This document shows, in pieces, positions 1-7,827 of a stretch of DNA of 64,000 nt. Every line of letters starts with the position of its first letter. Position 1 is the stretch's first letter. The DNA comes from Candidatus Microgenomates bacterium (GTDB lineage Bacteria > Patescibacteriota > Microgenomatia > UBA8517): the NCBI GenBank assembly GCA_049519355.1, contig JBEKQV010000002.1, positions 67,479-131,478 on the forward strand, written 5' to 3'. The position numbers and the translations under genes are program-made. The notes below the pieces were generated by a model. It saw only the letters and a list, made by a program, of their open reading frames with translations, did no database searches and had not been told where the DNA came from.

Positions 1-523
1 CATTACCTGTGGAACCTATACTAAACCCTGCGGTAGTTAACAACGTTTTCGCTTTACCCGCTTCACCTGAAATTCCCGAACCATTCAAGATATCAATTGT
101 GTATTTTGACAAATCGGGTGTTGCTGAAGGACTTGCTGAGGGTGCAGCGGAAATCTCGGGGACTGCAGTAGGGGTAGTTTCCGCTTGACCATTATTTACA
201 CCTTTTTGGTAAAAAACGATTCCGCCAAGAATTGCACCCAAAAGAAAAATTCCGGGTATTATTATCCAAAAAACGGGAGAAATTCCCTTTTTTGTAGTTT
301 CGGGGACTGGTAATATTTCCTCCGTTTCCCTTTCAATGGGTTTTTCTTCCTTCGGTACTTCTTTCTCTTCCTTAATAAGTTCCTCCGAGGAAACTTTCGC
401 TCCCTCTTCCAGGATGTCAGGTGTGGGATATTCTTCCTTTTTGATTTCTTCGCCTTTTGGAGTCTCCTTGACTTCGACTTCTTCAACAACAATTCTTTTT
501 CGAGGTTTGGTATTATCAGGCAT
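1..523 (-). CDS. Membrane-anchored LytR C-terminal-domain protein (partial, runs off window start)
   Basis: Not in ORF track. ATG at 523 gives MPDNTKPRKRIVVEEVE..., an acidic N-terminus, a TM segment, a Pro/Thr/Ser linker and IDILNGSGISGEAGKAKTLLTTAGF typical of LytR_C. TATAAT lies 9 nt upstream. Confidence 0.75.
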   Translation of the reverse strand, partial: MPDNTKPRKRIVVEEVEVKETPKGEEIKKEEYPTPDILEEGAKVSSEELIKEEKEVPKEEKPIERETEEILPVPETTKKGISPVFWIIIPGIFLLGAILGGIVFYQKGVNNGQAETTPTAVPEISAAPSASPSATPDLSKYTIDILNGSGISGEAGKAKTLLTTAGFSIGSTGN

Positions 524-586
524 TCCAAGGTAATTATATAGGAAATAGTTTGTTAATAGCAATCCAAGAATGTTAGTATTAATTAA

Positions 587-1204
587 ATGGATAGAAGAAT
601 TTATAAAGTCGGCTGGAAGAATATTTTGAACATTAATAGAATTTTAACCACTTTAGTTGTTTCGGACATTTTCCTTTTCGCCAGCTTTGGCTTAATTTCG
701 CCAATTTTCGCCGTATTCGTAAATCAACAAATACTCGGCGGAACTTTAATCGTCGTCGGCATCGGGGAAGCAATTTATCTGGCTACTAAATCAATATTGC
801 AACTTCCAATAGGCATCTTAATTGACAATGTAAGCGGGGAAAAAATTGATTTTTATCTGACTATTTCAGGAAATCTTTTAATAAGCATTTCGATAGGACT
901 TTATATTTTTGCAACAATACCAGTCCATATTTATCTAATTCAAGCTTTAATGGGAATTGGCGGCGCTATTTCATATCCTGCCTGGATGGGACTATTCACA
1001 AGAAACATGGAGGAAGGACGGGAATCTTTTATTTGGAGCGTTCACTCGACCTTCACTGAGCTTTTTTCTGCGGTAGCTGCAGCTCTCGGCGGATATTTGG
1101 CGGTTACTCTGGGGTTTCACTACCTATTTTTAGTTGTTTCCATATTGAGTTTGATCGGAACTCTTCTTCTGGTCTTTATATACCCAAAAATCCTGAAGTC
1201 CTAA
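587..1204 (+). CDS. MFS-family transporter, half-length (about 6 TM)
   Basis: Hydrophobic helices, MFS motif-A-like PIGILIDNVSGEK, only 205 aa. Confidence 0.75.
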   Translation: MDRRIYKVGWKNILNINRILTTLVVSDIFLFASFGLISPIFAVFVNQQILGGTLIVVGIGEAIYLATKSILQLPIGILIDNVSGEKIDFYLTISGNLLISISIGLYIFATIPVHIYLIQALMGIGGAISYPAWMGLFTRNMEEGRESFIWSVHSTFTELFSAVAAALGGYLAVTLGFHYLFLVVSILSLIGTLLLVFIYPKILKS

Positions 1205-1290
1205 CCTTGGCTAATTCTCTCCCCAAATGCTAAAATATGACTGTGGCTGTAAGAAAAATATGAATTTTCTCGACAGTCATATTGTTGTGT

Positions 1291-1367
1291 GGTGGCTGTA
1301 GCTCAACGGCTAGAGCACTAGGTTGTGGACCTAGGGGTTGCGCGTCCGAATCGCGTCAGCCACCCCA
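1291..1367 (+). tRNA. tRNA-His(GTG)
   Basis: G-1, acceptor GTGGCTG/CAGCCAC, anticodon arm CTAGG-TTGTGGA-CCTAG, C73, CCA. T-loop reads TCCGAAT. Confidence 0.92.
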
Positions 1368-2987
1368 ATTGTTTTGAGGTGCATAATGATCGTGTGTTTG
1401 TGCCGTAAATATGACATTATCTCCAGGTTCGAGCCGTTTAGAGGTAGAATACCTACTATCTAAGAAGTCTTTAATCTTCAGAAAAGGAATACGAGGCTGA
1501 ATATCCAATTTCTTGCCTGAAAGAGTCAAGTACGAGCCAATACCTCTAAGAACCAATCTTTTTGTACTCAGATCACCTTCAATAAATCTTTGCCGGGCTT
1601 TTGAGGCAAAATCAAATGTTTTTACGGTTAAGTCGTCCCATTCGTCGTTTCCCATGTCAAAATTATCCAAAGCTACTTTTGCCTGATCGCGCTCGGCAAT
1701 AAGTCTATCCATTTTTGATCTATACACTTCCTCCGGCATTCCGGATGACAATTTAAGATCCACAAGACCTTCTATTTTAGACGCCGCGCCATCGTAAGAA
1801 TCTTTTATGGCTCTAAGTTTTGATTCTCTAAATTTTCTATCTTCATTCGTAAGATATTTACACCATTCAGCAGCCCAAGTGGCAAAATCCGGGTCAACTT
1901 CAACGGTCTCCAAAAAATCCGCAACTTGTTTTTCAAGGGCGTTAGCGCTTATGTAAAGTTGATTGCAAATCTTGGTTTTACTTTTCTTCGTACACCTGTA
2001 ATATCTGAACTCTTTAGATTTACCATTTTTGTAACGCTTTATATGTCTTTCGCCACAGATCGCCATGCCACATTCACCACACCGGACAAGCCCACTAAGT
2101 GTAAATTCTAAAGGTTTTTGGGGTCGAGACTTGCCATTATCTTCAAGGATTTCCTGAACAAGTTCATATTCTTCGTCCTTGAGCATTCTCTCATGAATAC
2201 CTTTGTGAATTTTACCTTCATAAATAAATCTTCCTGCATAAAACGGATCACGGAGTATCCGGTACATCTGGCTTTTACCGATTTCCCGTCCCAGACTGTT
2301 CTTTAATCCCATTTTGCTTGCCTCCCTAGTTAACCCGCTTACGGAAAAATCTCTGGTCATATATAATTCAAACAGCTTTCTCATTAACGGAAAAGTTTTT
2401 GGATCGGGAAGTATGTCTCTTTTACCCTGAGGCTTGGTTTTATCGTTGATGAATCCGGGAGGTGCCAAAATCGGCGCGATTCCTTGTTCAACTTTGAAAT
2501 GAACACCCCTCATAGAGGCTTTACGGAGGTCCAGAATGTATTGATTAGCCATTCCACCCTCAAGGGATACCAATATCGCAGAATCTTCAGACTTGAAAGT
2601 TCTTTCCATGGTAACGATTTCATCAATTACACCTTTCTGGAGCATCCATTGAAGTTTTCCGGTATCAATTGGGTTTCTTGAAAGACGATTAAAATGCCAC
2701 GCAACTATTCCTTTTATGTCCTTCCTTTCGAGTGCAAGATCCGTCATCCGATCAAATTCAAGCCTGCCGGGTTGTTTAGCACTTTTGCTTTCTTCAAACC
2801 GCTTGAGAATCGGAAGATTCAACCTTTTTATAAGTTCATTATTTTCGCGGCTCTGATCCTCCAAACTTTGGACTTGCCGTTCATCGCTTTCCGAACTCTT
2901 GCGTGTATAAACCAAGTAATATTTTTTCACTACTGGCTCGGTTTTTTTACTTGTTCGTTCTTGAAAAATATCTTCGATAGTACCCAT
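1356..2987 (-). CDS. Large serine recombinase (integrase)
   Basis: Catalytic YTRKSS, RLSRN, recombinase domain, zinc ribbon CGECG...YYRC...C, coiled coil. Stop codon lies inside the tRNA. Confidence 0.95.
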   Translation of the reverse strand: MGTIEDIFQERTSKKTEPVVKKYYLVYTRKSSESDERQVQSLEDQSRENNELIKRLNLPILKRFEESKSAKQPGRLEFDRMTDLALERKDIKGIVAWHFNRLSRNPIDTGKLQWMLQKGVIDEIVTMERTFKSEDSAILVSLEGGMANQYILDLRKASMRGVHFKVEQGIAPILAPPGFINDKTKPQGKRDILPDPKTFPLMRKLFELYMTRDFSVSGLTREASKMGLKNSLGREIGKSQMYRILRDPFYAGRFIYEGKIHKGIHERMLKDEEYELVQEILEDNGKSRPQKPLEFTLSGLVRCGECGMAICGERHIKRYKNGKSKEFRYYRCTKKSKTKICNQLYISANALEKQVADFLETVEVDPDFATWAAEWCKYLTNEDRKFRESKLRAIKDSYDGAASKIEGLVDLKLSSGMPEEVYRSKMDRLIAERDQAKVALDNFDMGNDEWDDLTVKTFDFASKARQRFIEGDLSTKRLVLRGIGSYLTLSGKKLDIQPRIPFLKIKDFLDSRYSTSKRLEPGDNVIFTAQTHDHYAPQNNWGG

Positions 2988-2989
2988 AA

Positions 2990-3160
2990 TTATCTGTCTT
3001 TACTCGTTTGTGTCAATCCTCTTTTAGTTTTTGCCTCCGCGAGGACTCGATACAGCGCTACCAAATTATTTGCTTCATCCACAGCCTGCTTATCAGAAAG
3101 GTGAATATCCTTCTTTTTACAAATTTCTTTGAATTGTTTAATTGCTTCTTCCGGTAACAT
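2990..3160 (-). CDS. Small helical protein (56 aa) immediately upstream of the recombinase
   Basis: Hand-translated MLPEEAIKQFKEICKKKDIHLSDKQAVDEANNLVALYRVLAEAKTKRGLTQTSKDR*. Fills the gap exactly (1 nt after the upstream stop, 2 nt before the recombinase ATG). Confidence 0.75.
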   Translation of the reverse strand: MLPEEAIKQFKEICKKKDIHLSDKQAVDEANNLVALYRVLAEAKTKRGLTQTSKDR

Positions 3161-3161
3161 A

Positions 3162-3806
3162 TCAGCCGTAATCGTTTTGTTCCTCCTTCAATTGCTTAAT
3201 CGCATTCCAGAAGTTTTTTGGGTGTGGCGCGTAAGGCTTGCATGCGTATTCGTCCCAAATTTTATTGATCCTATCGAAACCCCACTTTTGAATCGTATGA
3301 GTAATCTGAAGTCTGACGGCATATTCCGGAGCCAAGGTATTAAATTCCGGTAAGGTACACCACTTAACAATTTTTTCTATTAGCTTATTTTCATCCTCAG
3401 AAAGTTTCTGTTCCCATTTATTAGAAACATCTCTATAGATATTCTTAGTCTCTGTGTTATTAGGCTCAGTATTATTAGGGAGAAGATTTTGTAACTTATC
3501 AGGAGAACATTCCTTCACAATAGATGTGAAGTTTTCTTCACCAATGAATTTGTAAATATTGGATTGCGAATAACCTCTCCGCTTAAAGTCAATAATTTGT
3601 TTTTTTCTTAAAGATCGGAGGTGTGCATTTATAATTCTCCTGCTTTTCCCCCGGATTCCGGCTATTGTTGCCTGAGACGGGAAAACCTTGCCTCTTTCGC
3701 CGTATTTGTAGCTTTTTAGCAAACATAGCGTCCTAAACTCGGCATCGCTAATGTTCTTGTCTTTAATTAGAAAGTTTGGTATTTGAGTAAAATCTTTGTT
3801 TTTCAT
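3162..3806 (-). CDS. Phage-type HTH replication initiator
   Basis: N-terminal FTQIPN..., FPSQATIA...SRRIINAHLRSL winged HTH, then NNTE-repeat linker. Confidence 0.8.
   Translation of the reverse strand: MKNKDFTQIPNFLIKDKNISDAEFRTLCLLKSYKYGERGKVFPSQATIAGIRGKSRRIINAHLRSLRKKQIIDFKRRGYSQSNIYKFIGEENFTSIVKECSPDKLQNLLPNNTEPNNTETKNIYRDVSNKWEQKLSEDENKLIEKIVKWCTLPEFNTLAPEYAVRLQITHTIQKWGFDRINKIWDEYACKPYAPHPKNFWNAIKQLKEEQNDYG
3480..3541. repeat. Three iteron-like 16 bp boxes at 23 bp period (putative origin)
   Basis: GAGAAGATTTTGTAAC (3480), GAGAACATTCCTTCAC (3503), GTGAAGTTTTCTTCAC (3526). Confidence 0.55.
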
Positions 3807-3976
3807 GCTTTTTCTTTCTCTCTATCTTTCAATATGGGAACCAAAATGAAGCCTTTCCCGCCGCACGCATGGCATTGAACTCTTTTGAAGGAAACAGTAC
3901 CCCAACCGTTGCATACTGGGCATCTCTGGGCTATGTAGGATGGTTTTATCTGTGCCGGAATAATATTTTCTGTCAT
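3803..3976 (-). CDS. Small DnaJ-type zinc-finger protein (57 aa)
   Basis: Hand-translated MTENIIPAQIKPSYIAQRCPVCNGWGTVSFKRVQCHACGGKGFILVPILKDREKEKA*. Two CxxCxGxG motifs and an ATGA overlap with the initiator start. Confidence 0.8.
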   Translation of the reverse strand: MTENIIPAQIKPSYIAQRCPVCNGWGTVSFKRVQCHACGGKGFILVPILKDREKEKA

Positions 3977-3995
3977 ATTTCTTTCGTTTTGTCAC

Positions 3996-4021
3996 AAAAA
4001 AAGCGACCCTGAAAAGGTCGC
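3996..4021 (-). terminator. Intrinsic terminator in the leader of the rep/recombinase operon
   Basis: Minus strand GCGACC-TTTTCAG-GGTCGC followed by T7. Confidence 0.75.
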
Positions 4022-4230
4022 CAAATAAAAACTTTTGGAAACGATTGCTCTTCAGTAATACCTGAATAGTCAACCGTTCCAACTTGTTAGGTCGTTCTGA
4101 CTCCCCGAAGGCTTCCGTTCCGAATTACAATTTTCTGGTTGAGAAAACTAATTGTTCGTTAAGGGTCTCCTCGGATTCGCGTCAAAACGCCGCAAATCAA
4201 AACAAACTTTTTAAGATTTTAACTAATGAA

Positions 4231-4259
4231 ATTATTACATATGAGGCTGTTTTTGTCAA
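4231..4259 (-). promoter_or_regulatory. Sigma70 promoter for leader/rep/recombinase operon
   Basis: TTGACA-17 nt-AATAAT on the minus strand. Confidence 0.65.
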
Positions 4260-4301
4260 TCTTTATAAGAGATATTTAGTTGTATAATCCTGATTGAAAC
4301 T

Positions 4302-5207
4302 ATGAGAAAAGCGAGAGTGTTTATTAGTTGTGGGCAAGATCCGGAAGAAAAAAAGGTCGGCTTAAAAATTGTTGAGTATTTTAGAAAAAGAGGTTTTGAT
4401 CCTTACTTCGCGGGAGAAGTTCAAACACCCGAAGCGTTAACTAGAGATATTTTTGAATCACTAAAAAGATCTGAGTATTTTATAAGTATAAATTTTGAAC
4501 GATCGGAACTTAATTCAGGATCACTTTTTGTCCGACAAGAATTTGCCATTGCAGCATTTTTAGGAATAGAGATGTTAGCCTTTCACAAAGGAAAAGATGC
4601 AACTTTGACAGGGAAAGGCACAGGAATTGGAAATTATTTGGTATTAAAGAGTATTGAATTTGTTTCCGTTAAAGGTTTGTTAAAGAATTTGGACAAAAAC
4701 ACCATGCATTGGGATTCTAATTCTGTTCACGGATTGAAATTAGAGTTTGGTAATTACCATAGCAATGTTGTCGTTAGTAATAACCCCAACGGTCCTCTAA
4801 CAAATTGGATTCATGTAATCGTGTCTAATACGAGTTCAAAATTCTATTGTAAAAATTGTTGCGCTTATGTTGATGAAGTCGTTGACCTAATCAATAAAAA
4901 GGTAATTATTGGCAAAAATGATTATAAGACTGAACTCGTTTGGTCAGGCGCCGGAGCCTTCACAATTAACATTCCTCAAGGTGGAAAAAGAGATTTTGAC
5001 GCCTGTTATTGGGCGCAAGGCACGAACGCATTGGTTTTTCATCAACTTTCAATGTCAACTTTTTATAGATACCCCAATTTGAATTTTGGTAAATATAAAA
5101 TTCGTTATGTTATTATTTCTGAAAATTTCCCAGCTTCCAAAGTAGAGGCAATTATTGAGTTTCGTAAAACTGGAATATCAGTTCTGAGCTTTGTACAAAC
5201 TGAATGA
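4302..5207 (+). CDS. TIR/nucleoside-deoxyribosyltransferase-like domain protein with beta-rich C-terminal domain
   Basis: N-terminal RVFISCGQ and FVRQEFAIA (position of the catalytic Glu), alpha/beta pattern. C-terminal half unrecognised. Confidence 0.6.
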   Translation: MRKARVFISCGQDPEEKKVGLKIVEYFRKRGFDPYFAGEVQTPEALTRDIFESLKRSEYFISINFERSELNSGSLFVRQEFAIAAFLGIEMLAFHKGKDATLTGKGTGIGNYLVLKSIEFVSVKGLLKNLDKNTMHWDSNSVHGLKLEFGNYHSNVVVSNNPNGPLTNWIHVIVSNTSSKFYCKNCCAYVDEVVDLINKKVIIGKNDYKTELVWSGAGAFTINIPQGGKRDFDACYWAQGTNALVFHQLSMSTFYRYPNLNFGKYKIRYVIISENFPASKVEAIIEFRKTGISVLSFVQTE

Positions 5208-5238
5208 CAGTCTCGCAGCATACAACACACCTTTTCTA

Positions 5239-5442
5239 TTAAAACATTTCTTTTACCTTAATGTGGAGAGCGCGACCCAATTTGGCTAGCGTCTTTACCG
5301 AAACATTCCTTTTTCCATTTTCAAGCTGATTGTAAAAACTATAATCTAGCCCAGCCTTATACGCTAAATCTTCCTGCGTCATTCCTGCTTCGCGCCGGAG
5401 TTTTCCCAACCTCGCACCGATCTTTTTGTTGACTATAGTCAT
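5239..5442 (-). CDS. XRE/Cro-C1 family HTH regulator
   Basis: LRREAGMTQEDLA...QLENGKRNVSVKTLAKL. ATG 5442 preferred over 5463. Confidence 0.9.
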   Translation of the reverse strand: MTIVNKKIGARLGKLRREAGMTQEDLAYKAGLDYSFYNQLENGKRNVSVKTLAKLGRALHIKVKEMF

Positions 5443-5507
5443 AGCCAAAGTATGGCTAGACATTTACATAAAGTGTATTGACTATAACCAATATTTAACC
5501 ATATACT
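5430..5507. promoter_or_regulatory. Operator-like palindromes and divergent promoter
   Basis: TGACTATAGTCA (5430-5441), TGACTATAACCA (5479-5490), and TTGACT-18-TATACT (5478-5507). Confidence 0.55.
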
Positions 5508-5510
5508 CAA

Positions 5511-6029
5511 TTGATACAGATGAATATTTTCCTTTTTCTTCTGGCAGTTTTTGTAATTGCTGTTGTTTATCAAACATTTAAGCTCAAGCGTGAATCCGGA
5601 AAAGATTTTGAAAATAATTTAGTAAGAGCTTGGAAACAATACGATACGATCATGACTTACGATAAAGAACCGTTTGTGAGAGATGGCAAACCGGATCCTG
5701 TCTTAATTAAGTTCCAAGAGAGAACCAAAAAGGACTACGAAATGTATAAAAAATTGATAATGAGGTATCCCGACATTCCACGGCACAATAAAGCCAGAAT
5801 GGCAATCGACGATAATTGGTGTTTGTTGCTACAGACAGTATTTATGCTCTCTGGCTACCAAGTCATTGATTCCGCTGGACGCAGAAATGAGAATTTTACA
5901 AAGAAAAAATATGTATCAGACCAAACTGACCAGAAGCGAAGAAATTCTGAGATTGAACTAGATGAATATGAGAATTTTTTTAAGAATAAATTAAAAGAAT
6001 CTGAAGGAAAAGCCCCCCTACCGCTATAA
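5511..6029 (+). CDS. Hypothetical membrane-anchored protein
   Basis: N-terminal TM helix followed by a helical soluble domain. Start may be ATG 5520. Confidence 0.7.
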   Translation: MIQMNIFLFLLAVFVIAVVYQTFKLKRESGKDFENNLVRAWKQYDTIMTYDKEPFVRDGKPDPVLIKFQERTKKDYEMYKKLIMRYPDIPRHNKARMAIDDNWCLLLQTVFMLSGYQVIDSAGRRNENFTKKKYVSDQTDQKRRNSEIELDEYENFFKNKLKESEGKAPLPL

Positions 6030-6084
6030 ATCGCTTTCTTAAAACAATCGTTTAGGCGTAAAAAAAGTGTTAGAATAAGCCAGA

Positions 6085-7827
6085 ATGGCGAAAGATTATT
6101 CCACTTGGTCAAAACCGGAGCTAATCCGTGAGTTAAAAAAAATCGGCGAAAGAAAAAAATACGGAATTGTTTGGGAAGATAAACCTGAGGAAGTTGTTGA
6201 ATTGTGTAAGACAAAGCTCCCAGTTCTCGAAGAACTTAAAAAGCGTGAAATAGCAACATCAAAGGAAGATCCCACCAATATTCTTATCGAGGGCGACAAT
6301 TACCACGCTCTTTCTGTCTTAAATTACACACATAAAGGAGAAGTTGACCTAATTTATATTGACCCTCCATACAATACGGGTAGCAAAGATTTTGTTTATA
6401 ACGACCGTTATGTTGATACAGAAGATGGCTATAGGCATAGCAAGTGGCTCAATTTTATGGACAAAAGACTAAGATTAGCAAAAAATCTTTTAAAAAATGA
6501 TGGAATTATATGTATTAGCATTGACGAGAATGAGCAAGCACAACTAAAACTTTTATGTGATGAAATATTTGGTGAAACTAATAGAATTTCTACCCTGCAT
6601 ATTCAGGTTAGATATTCCGGAAAGACTTTGAATGAGAAAAACGACTGGCAGCCCGTAATGGAATATGTATTAATTTATGCAAAAAATGGAAACTCCTTTA
6701 GAGCAAACAAACCAACAGTTGAATATTCAATTGATAAATTTAATTACGAAATAAAAGAATTGACTCAGGGGACTGAGATTCTGGTAAAAAACAGAAGGGT
6801 AACTATATTTAAAAAAGGTGAATGGAAAATACTAAAACACACAGAATCTGGTAAAAATCTTTTAAAAGAGACTTGGGTTTCTGGAAGCATATATTCAGGA
6901 ACAGGAAATGGAACAATGGTTCAAAATGTAATCGAGCCGAGAGTGCTGGTTGACGGATATGGAAGCTTATACAAGATCGAAGGTCTAGGAGAAGATGGTT
7001 TGGGATTCCGTTATTTTACCGGTCCTCAAAAGGTTGGAGCAACAAGAAGCAAGATGTACACAGGTATTCCGACGGTTAGAGCAGAAGAATTAAATGAAGG
7101 AAATGCTGTTAGATATTTATCTATTCCTAACTATTACGATTTTAGTCCTGACTTTGGAAATATAAGAAGTGAGGGCGGCGTTCCTTTTAATAGCGGTAAA
7201 AAACCAGTCAAAATGTTGAAACAAATTATTAACTACCATAAGAATAAAAATGCTACTATTCTCGATTTTTTTGCCGGTTCTGGTACAACTGCACACGCTG
7301 TTATGGAAATAAACAAATTCGACTCCGGATCCCGAAAATTTATTCTGTGTACAGACAATGAGGATAATACTGGTAGCGGTACTAAAATAGCTGAGGACAT
7401 ATGCTATCAAAGAATAATGAATGTTATTAAGGGCTATAACCATAAAACCGGATTGGGCGGTACATTAAAGTATTTTAAAACAGCGTTTGTTGACAGTGCG
7501 CCATCGGACGAGAATAAAAGAATATTGGTTGACAAATCTACTGAAATGCTTTGTCTTAAGGAGGATTGTTTTGACAATCTCACTGAGGGTAAAGAATACA
7601 AAGCATTTACCAATAGCAAAAACAATCTTCTTGGAATCATTTATGATGATGCCGGAATAGAACCTTTCAAGAAATTTATTAGAGAGACAAATAAGAAATT
7701 TGTAGTTTATGTTTTTTCCCTCGATGAAAGTGCACGAGAAGAAGAATTTGAAGATATTAGAAAATTGGTGGAGCTCAAACCTATTCCTGCGGTTATATTA
7801 AATGTCTATAAGAGAATTTTCAAATGA
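6085..7827 (+). CDS. mod: Type III R-M methyltransferase subunit (beta-class amino-MTase)
   Basis: IYIDPPY catalytic motif precedes LDFFAGSGTT SAM-binding motif, with TRD between. Confidence 0.92.
   Translation: MAKDYSTWSKPELIRELKKIGERKKYGIVWEDKPEEVVELCKTKLPVLEELKKREIATSKEDPTNILIEGDNYHALSVLNYTHKGEVDLIYIDPPYNTGSKDFVYNDRYVDTEDGYRHSKWLNFMDKRLRLAKNLLKNDGIICISIDENEQAQLKLLCDEIFGETNRISTLHIQVRYSGKTLNEKNDWQPVMEYVLIYAKNGNSFRANKPTVEYSIDKFNYEIKELTQGTEILVKNRRVTIFKKGEWKILKHTESGKNLLKETWVSGSIYSGTGNGTMVQNVIEPRVLVDGYGSLYKIEGLGEDGLGFRYFTGPQKVGATRSKMYTGIPTVRAEELNEGNAVRYLSIPNYYDFSPDFGNIRSEGGVPFNSGKKPVKMLKQIINYHKNKNATILDFFAGSGTTAHAVMEINKFDSGSRKFILCTDNEDNTGSGTKIAEDICYQRIMNVIKGYNHKTGLGGTLKYFKTAFVDSAPSDENKRILVDKSTEMLCLKEDCFDNLTEGKEYKAFTNSKNNLLGIIYDDAGIEPFKKFIRETNKKFVVYVFSLDESAREEEFEDIRKLVELKPIPAVILNVYKRIFK

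Noticed and set aside
262-533. ORFs 262-528(-) and 336-533(+)
   Set aside because: Shadow frames of the LytR_C-type gene starting at 523.
2989-3016. TTGACA-16-GATAAT just before the recombinase ATG
   Set aside because: The -10 ends 1 nt before the ATG, so a transcript would start past the start codon. Not called as a promoter.
3822-4287. ORFs 3822-4082(-) and 4084-4287(+)
   Set aside because: They cross a terminator and structured leader, have no motifs, and the Zn-finger frame explains the region better.
6135-6159. A7-A8 tracts near the 5' end of mod as phase-variation sites
   Set aside because: Similar homopolymers are common across this AT-rich window (e.g. polX, glycosylation genes), and the frame is intact.
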